Positions 48,600 through 61,074 of a stretch of 64,000 bases of DNA are shown here, in pieces. Source of the stretch: Octopus sinensis. Lineage: Eukaryota. Where the stretch lies: positions 33,108,001 through 33,172,000 of the forward strand of contig NC_043015.1 of the NCBI RefSeq assembly GCF_006345805.1, given 5' to 3'. The position numbers and the translations under genes are program-made. Below the pieces are notes generated by a model that saw only the letters and a program-made list of their open reading frames with translations, searched no databases and was not told the origin of the DNA. Every line of letters begins with the position of its first letter. Position 1 is the first letter of the stretch.

Positions 48600-48827
48600 G
48601 TTTGTGAAGTTATCCATTCTCTTTTTCACGAGTGTTTCATATACCTATTGCATTGTATTCGTGTCTCTATTGTTCTACCACTTGCTCTATAAGATTTATT
48701 ACAATATTCGTTATTGATTAATGTTTGATCTACTCTGTAGATCTTATTATCTGCTGCTTCATCTGTGGAGGAGAATCTAAACGCTTTTCCAAGTAAGGAT
48801 ATCACCGCAGACATTTTGTATCAGTGT
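48600..48827 (-). mobile_element. Penelope-like element, post-RT (thumb) coding fragment
   Basis: YKMSAVISLLGKAFRFSSTDEAADNKIYRVDQTLINNEY; near-identical to 57584-57790 in inverted orientation. Confidence 0.7.
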
Positions 48828-49015
48828 ATAAACACCGGAATTATTTCGATCTCCATATTTAACATTCTGTTGGTTTCGATCTCTGGGTCTTTGCACATGG
48901 TCAACTTCTCAGAGACTCTTGAGGAGGTATTTCTTTCGGAAAGTTTTGCAATGTCGATAAGTATGCATCACTTTCCCTTCTTGTCGTTGATAACAATATC
49001 AGGCTTCTTTTTTTA
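48828..49015 (-). mobile_element. R4/Dong-like RLE fragment
   Basis: KKPDIVINDKKGK*CILIDIAKLSERN...EKL..CKDPEIETNRM.NM..EIIPV. Confidence 0.8.
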
Positions 49016-49599
49016 TTATAATCTTTTAGTCAAGAAGGAAGAGCGGGGCCCAATGGCACTTTGAAGAAACAGGAAGGAGGGCAGAAGATATCCTCAAAGT
49101 GGAGAACTGTTTTGAATGCCTGCCATAAAGGGGACTCTACTAAAGGCATTCGGGTGCTACGGGTGAGGATAAACCTAGTATCCATACTTAATTCTTAATT
49201 TTTATCTTTATGCCAACGTGGATGGTTATGTCCCAGAGACTGGTGATACAGTCATTGTCCGTGCCCGTGTTTAGCTGATCACACCACTTTCTAGTTCAGT
49301 TAATTAATCCCATGGTGGTACTACGTTAATCAAAAGTGCACTTATGAAATATAATAATCAATAGAAAAATATATGATTGATTGATCTCTATTGATTTGAT
49401 TCTCGAAATAATTAAGTAATGGTAAAAAACAATATAATACTCTAATGGGTTTAAATGAAACCCATGTGCATTATAAACACATTTGCATTAAACTATTAAA
49501 TTCAATCAAGAATTAAATAAACGGGTTTTTTTTTTCTTTTCTCTTTTCATCATGTTTTGTGGTAACAAGAACTTTTATTTTCCAGATCATGGCATACTT

Positions 49600-49720
49600 C
49601 AATACTTGAATATCTGAAGTCAGAACTTGTTTATTTTTATGGCTCTACCAACGTGAATAGACATGTCCCAACGGATAGCGACGTCATTGCTGTCAGGGAC
49701 TTCATTGGTTTCGATCTTAT
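49600..49720 (-). mobile_element. Highly decayed R4-like RLE fragment
   Basis: SNDVAIRWDMSIHVGRAIKINK resembles ILWD..I.TDR.I..NRPD. Confidence 0.35.
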
Positions 49721-50189
49721 AGATTATCATCATCAATATTATTTGATGGAGCTGCAGTCCGGGTAAAAGAAAAGACCATGACTGAGTGTCTAGCATCTGG
49801 AATATCATCAGACGGTCATCGTTCTCTGCCAAAGGAGTAATGCGGTCGGTGGAAGTTCCTCCTTAATAATATATAGAGTACTAGTGATGGATAAGAACGT
49901 AGACATCCTCGGGGGAAAACTTGAGGACTCAACGACGGACGAAAACTATGGATAACGTCCTGAAGGTTTTGCTCTTATAGTACTGCCAAGGTTTTTCTAA
50001 CGGTCCGAGACATACTCTAGAGGAAGATAGAAAAGCTGAAAAAGTAATGGCTATGCATGAGTGCCTTCATACTAAAAGTAACACAGTAAGGCTTTACTTA
50101 CGTAGGAAGAAAGGTGAAAGAGAACTGGTTGGCATAGAGGATAGTGTTGTGAAGGAAATCAAGTTCTTGTATGTCTATCTGATGAAATA

Positions 50190-51175
50190 ATGTTACTGGC
50201 TGCACTGAGGGAGAAGGTTATCAGTGACAATGGTGAGATCGTCCAGGAGTACAATATGAGGACTAAGAAGGAAAAGGTCAACAGGAAAGAGAAAGTCCTA
50301 CATGGAGAGTTTTCCCAGCAAACAGTGAATGAAGTTGATGAAGAATCCTGGAGTTGGTTCAGACATGGTTTTTTTTTAAAGGAGACAGAAGAACTGTCTC
50401 ATGTTTTTCTGCAACTTTTAACCAGCTCCAATTTTTCCTCTTCTGGTCGACTTGTCCGATTCCTCTTCCACCTGCAGTCAAAACTGTCTTCCAGTTTCTC
50501 ATATTATTTTTCAAGTGAAGCATTGGTAAGACAACATTGTTACCTGTTTGTAGACTATGTGGAAAATCATCTGAAACAATTAGATATATAATTACTGGAT
50601 GCTCAAAATTAGCCCAAAAGGAGAGCAAAAACGCAATGACAAAATAGCCGTGCAAGAAGTATGGGCTGGAATGCTCCAACGAGTAATAGGAGCACCAACC
50701 TTTGCCAGTAGCTGAGAATGTTCAGGTGAACCCACATGGGATAGGCCGATATACACAGGAAAAAAGCTGGAACATAACCGACCAGATATCACTCTCCTAC
50801 TGTGAAGGAGTCCAAAGATCGAACCTTCATCGATGTAGCTATACCTGCAGACCAGAATATTGTGAAGACAGAGGACGAGAAAGTTTGGAAGTAGCAAAAC
50901 CAAGGATTGAAAGTGAAAAGAATCCATACAGCCTCAAAAGTGAATGTAGAACCCATTGTGATAGGTGCAGTTGGGACCATCTCTCAGAAAGAGTAATATG
51001 CTGGCATGAAAGACTGCAAATTCCAAACTTCTTAGGAAATATTTAATCGGCAGCAATATTTGAAACAGCAGCTCATGTGTTGCGAAAAGTGTTGCGTCTC
51101 TAAGCTGCGGGATGCAGCCGAGACGTGGCATATTAAATCAGAAGAAGTAAAAGTGAATGATGATGATGATGATGT
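50190..51175 (+). mobile_element. R4/Dong-like non-LTR retrotransposon 3' part, internally deleted
   Basis: KVLHGEF...DEESWSW...G..LKETE; then GCSKLAQKE..NDK, EHQP..VAEN, WDRPIYT...HNRPDI, FIDVAIPADQNIVKTEDEK, PIVIGAVGTI, AAHVLRKVL*; (GAT)n tail. Confidence 0.9.
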
Positions 51176-52310
51176 GCAAATTAAATTTGAATTATAATGA
51201 AAAGGACCTTGAATTCGTACTGATTTTTTTGTTGTTGTTTTTTATTCCCTTTTTGGTCAATAAACTCTTTGTGTATCTTACAGACAACTTGATATCGTGA
51301 TAATCAGATAAACAACATTTCTGCTTACTACAACGAACTTGTAAAGATGCGGTGTTGACACATCAAGGTTTTAATTCCTTTGTATTCTTAAATTTAATAT
51401 GTAGTAGCCTGCGTTTCGTGCTTCAAACCATTTTCTGTGCATTACAGCTAGTTTTACTTGAAGTTAAAAGAAAGAATGCAAATTAACAAAAGGCATAGTA
51501 ACGAAATTCTCAGTTTCATATTACAAGAGGGAACGTGAATATGTAGATATATGTTGATTCTGTCAACAACTACAGGTAAAAAATTACTAGTCTAAAGGTA
51601 TTAACCTCTCCAGAACAACCACCTAGCTATTTTCTTTAGCTACATGAAGAGACACAATATTTTATCACATCTTTTGTTTAGAATAGCAATGATTCACATG
51701 CATTGATATGAACCCAAACAGCATGATTTGCCTCACATCTGGCGGCTGTTGTCCGACATAAACCCATAAAATGGCTATGCTTGGACACTGGGCGAGTGTC
51801 TGCAGAACAGTTTCGTCACTCTGCTGTTTCATCAACGTGAACAAGCCTAGCTCGTAGCATTATTGTGCAAACTGTGTTTATCTCAAACCGGCAATGCGCC
51901 CTCCTCCAGTAACACTGCCTGACAAGAAATTTCGGATAATTATCTCAAAGTCGTCCGGATCAGACCAGTCAATTGATTGTTATCGATGCCCAGAGTTTCT
52001 CCAAGGATGCTATTATACTTTCCCGCCACTGCTCACCTTGATAGTAAGCAGTGGAGGGAAATATGATGATATTTTGGAGTAGATGCCGCTATCTCTGCAT
52101 ATGTCGGAGTATCATTTGCCACGGTATACCCAGTCCTTCCAACAGCGGGCGTTGACAGCAAATGGACCGTCTGAGCGGTGAAACGTGTCCCTTGCACAAA
52201 AACCAAACGACCAGACGTCGCAGCCCATTCAGACTTGAAACGGAGCAAGACACGACGGTCATCTGCTTTTCTTTCATCATAACAGAGGTATTATCCTCGG
52301 TCAACTAAGT

Positions 52311-52528
52311 TTAACTCTTTAGCATTACCCTGTCAAACGTAATGTTTATCCGAATTATTTTCAACCAATTATTTATCATCTCATAGCTTTGAGATTTTGA
52401 TGATGTGGTTGTTTATTTTTTGAATGACATTGTAGGAAAGGTGTGAAAGGTTGAATCTGACCATTTTGAACATAAAATAGGGAAAATATTTTGGCTGGAT
52501 ATGGCAGGTTTAAATGCTAAAGGGTTAC
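52311..52528. mobile_element. piggyBac-like MITE
   Basis: TTAA|CTCTTTAGCATT ... AATGCTAAAGGG|TTAC: 12-bp TIR with CCCTTT-type end and TTAA target. Confidence 0.75.
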
Positions 52529-52554
52529 GATATCTAATAACTTAATCAACACTT

Positions 52555-52855
52555 GTTTGGTTGAGTTCGATTTCCAGACCGAGTTGTATGTTGTGTTCTT
52601 GAGCAAGACACTTTACTTCATGTTGCTCCAGTCCACTCAGCTGTAGAAATGAATTGCGACATCACTGGTGCCAAACTCTATTGGCATTTGCCTTTCCCTT
52701 GAATAACATCGGTGGCATGGAGAGAAGAGGAAGCTGGTATGCATGGGCGACAGCTGGTCTTCTATAAGCAACCTTGCCCGGACTTGTGTCTCGGGAGGTA
52801 ACTTTCGAGGTACAATCCCGTGGTCATTCATGACCGAAGTGGGTCTTTACCCTTG
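52555..52855 (+). mobile_element. tRNA-derived SINE, family 2 variant
   Basis: GAGTTCGATTTCC B-box, core TTGAGCAAGACACTTTACTTCATGTTGCTCCAGTCCACTCAGCTG shared with 13325-13615, different tail. Confidence 0.8.
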
Positions 52856-53719
52856 TCTAGCACGAGTAACTTCCATTTAGGTACTTCAGAAGCTCGTCTT
52901 CTGATCTTTTATTCTTCTTAGCTTATCATCTTTTATCCGTCTCCATCTCCTTGTTGGGGTTATCTTTCTCATACTACAAATCACCTCAAAACCTTCTACC
53001 TTCCTCTGCATCAGATCCTTCATATTTACGTCTTCCTACTCTCAAGAATGTTCTCAAACTATCTCTTCTGGTTATTTTGAAATAACCTGTTTTGTCCAAA
53101 CTGCTCTCTTCTATTCCCACATCGTTTTCTTTAAATGCTTCTGTTCATTTTTAATTCAGTTCTTTTCTCACAACATTTATTCGTCTCTTTACTTTATTCC
53201 CCTTGTGTTTTCGTTCGAGTGTTTTAAGAATTTTTCTTTCCTTGATGCACTTTCCACCGCTGCAATGGCCACCATCGTTGCTCTTATTGTAGGTGGACAG
53301 ATTGCACCGAGAGGGAAAGTGAAAGACAGAGAGAGAGAGACAGAGAAAGAAAGAGAGAGAGAGAGCGACAGACAATCAGATAGAGAGAAAGAGAGAGTGA
53401 AAGAGAGAGGTAGGTAGGTAGGTAGGGAGGTAGGGAGAGATGGGGGAGGTGGATAGATAGACAGACAGACAGACAGACGGGTAGACGGACAAACGGATCC
53501 GACAAATATTTATTCATAATTTCGGAGACCCAGAAACAGAGACTCTCTTGAATAAGGTTGTGTAACCCAGCAACCGGCGAGCGATTAGCTCGAGTCATGT
53601 CAGTGTCCTCTTTGATTACAAAATGAAATTGGTTCCACAATAAATTAGAGGTTAATATCGATCGGATTGTGTAAGGACTTGGGTAGGCAGTTAATAACGA
53701 GTATTTCTATAGATGAATA

Positions 53720-53747
53720 TATATATATTGCTGAAATATGGCTATAA

Positions 53748-53811
<64 letters not shown>

Positions 53812-53887
53812 GCATGTCTGTGCGTATGCATTCATATATGTATATATATATATATATATATGTATATATTATATCTATATGTGACTG

Positions 53888-53977
<90 letters not shown>

Positions 53978-54049
53978 GTGTGTGTGTGTGTGTGTGGTGT
54001 GCATGTATGTATGTATATGTATATATCTCTATATCTATCTATGTATCTA

Positions 54050-54086
<37 letters not shown>

Positions 54087-54210
54087 AGGTATGTATGTAT
54101 GTATATATGTATGTATGTATGTATGTATAGATGGATGGATGTATATATGCATGTATGTATGTATGTATGTATGTATGTGTGTGTGTATGTATGCATGTAT
54201 GTATGTATAA
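53720..54210. repeat. Compound TA/CTAT/TG/TATG microsatellite
   Basis: Direct reading. Confidence 0.95.
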
Positions 54211-54454
54211 GGCTGTAGATAGGTAGGAATATTACATAACTCTGTTAATATACATATAGGTGCAAGTGTATATTATATGAAACCACTTACATTATCTATT
54301 GTTAATAGATTTTTTTCATTTTTTCAGACATCTCCACTTTTACAGATGAAATATTTTTTAATATGCCAGGTTTTAAAAGTTGTTTCATCTGTGGAGATGA
54401 GGTTAATTGATTGAGAAATTATGTGGGAAGGGAAAGTATCTAACGTTTCTCATA

Positions 54455-55382
54455 CACACACACACGTACGTACATACATACATCATACATACATACATAC
54501 TTACATACATACATACATACTTACATACATACATATATACATACATACATATATACATACATACAATACATACATACATACATACATACGTACGTACGTA
54601 CATACATACATACATACATACATACACACATACATACATACATACATACATACATACATACACACATACATGCATACACACATACATACATACACACATA
54701 CATACATACATACATACATACATACATACATACATACATACATGCATACATACACACATACATACATACATACATACATACAATACATACTTACATACAA
54801 TACATACATACATACGTACGTACGTACGTACGTACATACATACATACATACATACATACATACATACATACATACATACATACATACACCACATACATAC
54901 ATACATACATACAACATACAACACACACATACATACATACATACATACATACATACATACATACATACATACATACATACATGCATACATACACACATAC
55001 ATACATACACACATACATACATACATACATACATACATACATACATACATACACACATACATACATACATACATACATACAATACATACTTACATACAAT
55101 ACATACATACATACATACATACATACGTACGTACGTACGTACGTACGTACGTACGTACATACATACATACATACATACATACATACATAGATACACACAC
55201 ACATACATACATATACATACATATATATATACATACATACATACATACATACATACATACATACATACATACATGCATACATACATACATGCATACATAC
55301 ATGCATACATACATACATACATACATACATACATACATACATACATACATACATACATACATACATACGTACATACATACAT
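54455..55382. repeat. (CATA)n array with higher-order duplicated variants
   Basis: Variant block CAATACATACTTACATACAATACATAC..(GTAC)n occurs at ~54780 and ~55080. Confidence 0.97.
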
Positions 55383-55549
55383 GTTTGTGACTATGTATGA
55401 AGGTATTTGTATCATACCTATTTCTTTACTACCCACAAGGGGACCTACACATCATCATCATCATCAACAACATGTACCATACTCTACCGGAATAAATGTT
55501 ATTTATGTGGGTTAAACAATCAGCAGAATCTCACAGAGGCCATTGGCTT

Positions 55550-56470
55550 TCATAGTGACCAGAGACTTCCGCAGCGGCCTAGAACTCTACAGTGGTCGGT
55601 GTCAACCACAGTGACCACATAATTGCACAGCGACCTTAGATTTTCGGACTGACCACAGACTTCCACAGTTTTCCATAGTGACCAACATCTTCCATAACCA
55701 ACAACCACAGTCTTTCATAATGAGTAGAACCTTCCACAGCGACAACAGATATTCACAGTGACCGCAGACTTTTACAGTGACCACCATGTTACAAAGTGAC
55801 CACGAACTTTTACAGCTACCACGGACTTCCACATCAACCACAGCATTGCACAGCTATCCCAGATTTCCACAGTAACCATTGTTTTCCACATCGACAGGTT
55901 TCCACATGGGCCACAGTTTTCTACAGCAACTACAGATTTCTGCTTTGATCACAGATTTCCACAGTGATCAAACACGTCAACAACGACCACAGACTTCTAC
56001 AGCCACCATGGACTTTCACAATGACCACAACCTTCCAAAATGACCAAAATCACCCAGATTAACCACAGACATTCATAGCGAGAATCACCGTCTTCCACAG
56101 TGACCGCGAACTATTACAATTACCACAGATTTCCACAGTGACCATTATCTTCCATATTGACCACAGAGTTCCATGGTTGCTACAGCTTTCTACAGCGACT
56201 ACAGGTTTCTACTGTGACTAAAGGCTCCCACAATGACCGCAATCTTCCACACTGACCATCCACAATGACTACAGAATCCATAACGACCAGACTCTCACAG
56301 CAATTGAAGATTACAGACCCAAGACTTCAATAGCAAACATAATATTTCACAATGGACACAGATTTCCACAGCGACCAAAGGCTTTTAAAGCGGCTGAAGA
56401 CTTCCACTACGACTACAAGCTTCCTTACCAATCACAGAGTTTCCACTGCAATCACAGTCTTCACAAGCAG
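55550..56470. repeat. Degenerate ~20-bp minisatellite (CACAGTGACCACAGACTTC-like)
   Basis: GACCAC/CCACAG motifs recur about every 20 bp over ~900 bp. Confidence 0.85.
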
Positions 56471-56671
56471 ACCACATTGATTGTTGTCTTTGCAGGAAGG
56501 AGCATGTATGGCGTTCATACATGCCAAAAACAACATGGTATCGCTTCAGCACCCGTCCTATTCGCCAGACTTAGCACCAGGATTATATACTTTTTATAAT
56601 GGATACGCCAAAAGATACTGGAAAATTTAAGGCTCAGAAAACAACTTCATATTAAGATCCAATTCATATCC

Positions 56672-56900
56672 TATTTCTTTACTACCCATAAGAGGCTAAA
56701 CACAGAGAGGACAAACAAGGACAGACAAACGGATTAAGTCGATTACATCGACCACAGTGTGTAACTGGTACTTAATTTATCGACCCCGAAAGGATGAAAG
56801 GCAAAGTCGACCTCGGCGAAATTTGAACTCAGAACGTAACCGCAGACGAAATACCACTAAGCATTTCGCCCTGCGTGCTAACGTTTCTACCAGCTCGCCG
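56672..56900 (-). mobile_element. SINE family 4, full length, 8-bp TSD
   Basis: Close match to 47316-47546; TCATATCC on both flanks (56664-56671, 56901-56908). Confidence 0.92.
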
Positions 56901-56988
56901 TCATATCCGTCGCTCACTATTCAATGGTGCACCCTCAGATTTACCGTGATACACTTATTTCGAAACACTCCTTTAGCATTATTACAAA

Positions 56989-57375
56989 CTAGCAGTATAG
57001 CCCGGCGTTGCTCGGGTTTGTTTTCTTTTCTACCGTTTAGAATTGGAATTTTTGAAAAGTAAAGATTTTGCATTATGTAGCTTGTTATTCTCTTTAAGTG
57101 AACATTTTTCTGGTTGAAATACACCGAAAAATTGCGACACAGCAGTCAAAAAATCGTAAAAAATAGGGACTTTCATAGAAAAAAAGCACCTTTTTGATGT
57201 AAATAATTTTTGGTCTTAACATGGTCCGATTTGAATTTTTTCTTCTACGTAATGAAGAGCAAGCCTTCTTCTACCATACTCTCAATTTTGGTCAACTCTC
57301 GGAGGAGATAGTGTTAGTTGAAGGCGACCAAACCTGCCACACACACACAGACAACTTCAGCTTTATATATAAAGA
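56989..57375 (-). mobile_element. Complete non-autonomous Helitron (387 bp)
   Basis: Minus strand A|TCTTTATATATAAAGCTGAAG ... ACAAACCCGAGCAACGCCGGGCTATACTG CTAG|T; same 3' end as 8852-9487. Confidence 0.88.
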
Positions 57376-57489
57376 TTAGTGCCCATCCAAAATATTCTGA
57401 GGCACTCCCAGGTACCAAAGTCTGGAGACGGGCATGATTCCATTTCCAGGACAGTAGAAATAACATTCCTGGCAATACAATGACAACGT

Positions 57490-58272
57490 TTCTAGACATA
57501 TAAGATATATAAGTATAAAGTAACAAATACACTTCGTCCGTTTACACCAAGAATACAAATAAATGGGAAACAGTGAAAATTTACACTGATACAAAATGTC
57601 TGTGGTGATATCTCTGCTTGGAAAAGCGTTTAGATTCTCCTCCACAGATGAAGCAGCAGATAATCAAATCTACAGAGTAAATCAAACATTAATCAATAAC
57701 GAGTATTGTAATAAATCTTATAGAGAAAGTGATAGAACAATAGAGACACGAATACAATGCAATAGGACTCTACGAACAATACACAAACCGCACATAAAGT
57801 GTATTACATGAATGCAATACATGTTAACTATGGAGTTGATAAATGTATCATCAAAACCTCAAAAAAAAGGGGGAAAAGAAGGTAAAAATACATGAAGTCT
57901 TAAACTGCAACAGACCATAAACTAACATTAATGATAAACCGCAAAAAAAAAAATAACACTAACATTAAAAATCTTCTAATCGATAACTACCTACAAGCAC
58001 ATCTGCGAACAAGCTGTTGACGACCGATGTGATTTATAAACTCGATTGCAGACGTGAAATAGTAAACTTCACGATTCCAACTGCTATATTAACCATAGAT
58101 GTTCGACATCCTACCGTCAACTCACCATGCATTTGCAACCAGGAATAATTAATTGCAATGTCCTACACATACAGCACAAAACAAAACTAGATAGGAATGC
58201 ATTAATAAACAGTACATCTATCCTTCTCAGAATTCCCTACAAATATGGACGGCTAATGATAGAAGCAATAGT
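57490..58272 (+). mobile_element. Penelope-like element: RT C-terminus, thumb and GIY-YIG endonuclease remnant
   Basis: TFLDI...TSSVYTKNTN, YKMSVVISLLGKAFRFSST..IYRVNQTLINNEY, TTDVIYKLDC, RQLTMHLQPG.I....H..KLDRNALINSTSIL....RLMIEAI; frameshifted and cut by a mariner. Confidence 0.75.
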
Positions 58273-58760
58273 TACGAGGGTGGACTGGAAAGTTCATAGG
58301 CTGACTAAGACGGATTGATGCCAGAGCTATAAAACCTTGTATGCATTAATCTCAACTCGTCTTATTAATGACTGCATTGTTTCTTTCCAGATAAACTCAC
58401 ATCCGACTGTTCAAAAGAAGACTCCAGAAGTAATTAGTAACAACTTCTGTGGAAATTTTAGCACCATAGTGTTGTCAAGTACCTGCAGAAAAACGGTTTG
58501 GCCCCCAAAGACATTCATGCTGACACGGTTGCTACATTAGGGGATGACGCTCCAGCTTTATCAACAGTGTAAACGTGGGCAGCTGAATTTAGGAGGGGAA
58601 GGAAGAGTCTTGAGGATGACCCAAGGTCTGTTTGTTCTGCAACTGCCACCACTGAGGAAAATATTGACCGTGTCCACTACATGGTCATGGATGGCAAGTG
58701 AATGACTATAAATCCAATAGCCCATGCTATTAGCATATCCCATGAGAGAGTTGAGAATAT
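58273..58760 (+). mobile_element. Mariner 5' half with TIR
   Basis: TA|CGAGGGTGGACTGGAAAGTT TIR; VKYLQKNGLAPKDIHAD.VATLGDDAPALSTV*TWAAEFRRGRKSLEDDPRS..ATATTEENIDRVH.MV...ISHERV. Confidence 0.92.
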
Positions 58761-58811
58761 TCCAAAGACACAGAAATAGTACTCAATGTAACTGGTCAGC
58801 ATGGTAGCTGG

Positions 58812-59196
58812 TTAGAGAACACAAAGTCCACAAATGAACGTAACATCATCAGGTTCAACCCCAGCACACTTTTCATGTCCCCATCCCCTGCACAGCTGGC
58901 ATTCAATCCAATTTTCTGTCGGGGGTTCTTCATAAAGTCCGTCACAGAAAATGCAATGGGACTTTTTGTCTGTTGTTTTTGGTGTCTTCAGCACACTTCC
59001 AGGGGTTTGGGGTTTGCGAGCGTTTCTCCTTGCTGTTGGTTTAGTTGCTGGTTTTTGTTTTCGTGGCTTTAGCTGAGAGAGAGTCTTTAAAGGGTGAACT
59101 GGTGAGGCACTCTGAGGTTTCAGCTCTTCTTTTTCTTGTTGTAGCCTGAGTCCGTGGAATAGGTGACAAGGAAACAACGGAAATATTTTGTTGTGG

Positions 59197-59200
<4 letters not shown>
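58812..59200 (-). pseudogene. pogo/Tigger-like transposase C-terminus with PHD finger, frameshifted
   Basis: One frame gives SLSPIPRTQATTRKRRAETSECLTSSPFKDSL; after a frameshift comes CIFCDGLYEEPPTENWIECQLCRGWGHEKCAG...FICGLC* (C4HC3 PHD). This arrangement is typical of invertebrate pogo-like transposases. Confidence 0.75.
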
Positions 59201-59234
<34 letters not shown>

Positions 59235-60009
59235 TGAGAAGACCTTTTCAGACATAGCTCTGTAGAAGAGTAACATAACCGTGTCTGCACTTAATAAAAA
59301 GAATCAACTCTCGGTTTATTAAATTTTGGAACGTTTGAGTGTCCTCTCTTTTTACCTTGAAGTAAAAATATAAAATTCGAGGCTGGACATTTTGCTTTAT
59401 TTTCTAAATATTTGCCGATTTGTACAGCCAGCTGTTTCATTCTTCTTCGTCTGGTGGATATACCCCTAAGAATTTTCAACAGATCTTTGAGCAATTTGTA
59501 ATGAATTTTGAAAAGCAAAAATTTAACAAAGAGAAAGAAACAAATGGTGACATTTAAACAAGCGAAGACATATTTGCGTTACACAGAGAAAACAAATGGA
59601 AATTTCAGAAGCGGCAACGGACAATGATGACGACAACAACAAGAACAGCAGCCAATCTTTGTTTGAATGTTGTCTGCGAATTAATAATATGGAAGACGGA
59701 TCACCATCAGAAAAGAATGTAGGGCCCGCATCTCAAGAAACCTGCCTCTGTATATGACGATCCTGTCGAAGAAAGGGCAGCGAGAAAAGTGATATCAAAA
59801 GGTGAAGGGGTTTTCAGTATGTCCCCAAAGGAGCAATTGAAAGAATCCTTGGTTGATATATGGAAATTATAGTCATATATACCTGTCTTTGATTGATAGA
59901 ATTCCATCGATCAGGGAAGGGCCTGTGTGACTGTATGTCTGATGTTCAGTACCGCAAGCTACTGCTGGTCGGGACATATCATATGTATGCCTCAAACGCG
60001 CCTCCCCCG

Positions 60010-60135
60010 TCAAGCTTGCCTTTCATCCTTTCGGAGTCGATAAAATAAGTACCAGTTGAGCTCTGGAGTCGATGTAATCGACTTACCTCCTCCCCCGAAA
60101 TTGCTGGTCTTGCGCCAAAATTTCAAACCAATATA
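60010..60135 (+). mobile_element. SINE family 4, 5'-truncated
   Basis: GCCTTTCATCCTTTCGGAGTCGATAAAATAAGTACCAG...GTCGATGTAATCGACTTA. Confidence 0.85.
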
Positions 60136-61074
60136 CACGTCCAAGTTAAAAGAATTACTGCCCAGATAGCTGACAGTAAAGACTTATGTTCCCATTGAAA
60201 TTGCTACGTGGTCTCCTGTTTTTGTTTGTATCTTGTAATATACCGGACCTTATCGTTTTGTACAGACATATCCGGAGTATTTTGTTATCGATGCCCATGA
60301 TAAAAAAAAGAGAAAGTTAGCATCAATGGAGTTAAACAAGCTTACATTGATGCAAATTCAGCCAACACAAACACATCATCACACACATTAAATTCACTTA
60401 TACATACACACTCACTTTCATACACATTGTTCCGAAAAAAGACATTACAACTATAATTGGCAGAAGGGTGCATTGACCTGCCAAGTATGAACACATATAA
60501 AACACTATAATTCTGTACTATAGAAATTTATGTATATATTGGGCTATATACAATATACAAAGTTCAAAAGAACTTTGTATATATTGTGAACTTTTTGCTC
60601 TTATGGCTTCTGTAATATAATTTATTTGCTTTTGTTGTTTTAACAGCTAATTTCTCTTTCACTACATGTAAATATGCTCTCGGTTTGTTTGTGTTGTATG
60701 AAACTCACTGCGAAAGGACCCTGATAAGTTTTGAACCATTTCTCTCGCATTTTCCCAGCTCAGGATCACGACCTACCATGTCACCATAAAAGACATTTTT
60801 TATTTCTGCCTAGCTGTCATTGTTTTTTGCTTTTTTTCCGACCCTTCTTTTTACCACTTCCGTTTCCGGTACACTTGTAACCAATACACTACTGCCCTTC
60901 TAACATGAAAAATCCTTTTTTTTAAATTTTACTTCCTACTGCCTAAATTAAAATTACAATTTTTATTTTCTTCAGAGGAATATGTGATTTTATCGATCTT
61001 TGCTTTTAGGTTTTTTAAATCAGATTAACTGAAAAGGAAGATTTTATGAGTACTGCTTGAAAATTGGTTTCAAA

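Noticed and set aside
48750-48800. CTGTGGAGGAGAATCTAAACGC as a variant hammerhead, and CNKSY..GRTIETRI as a GIY-YIG motif
   Set aside because: The core is non-canonical in both copies. The opposite strand encodes the Penelope post-RT segment, and the true GIY-YIG lies further downstream (~58020).
51810-51838. Minus-strand TTGATGA...TGAC-GAAAC motif
   Set aside because: C3 is mutated, stem II is mostly unpaired and there is no stem I; too degenerate to call a hammerhead.
51894-52304. GC-richer segment with three short ORFs and a 14-bp hairpin (52020-52060)
   Set aside because: No assignable domain or termini; probably an unidentified TE fragment, but I cannot support a call.
59590-59870. Short open frames (MEISEAATD...; ...YDDPVEERAARKVISKGEG...)
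   Set aside because: No recognisable family, frames not joined by credible splice sites, each too short to support.
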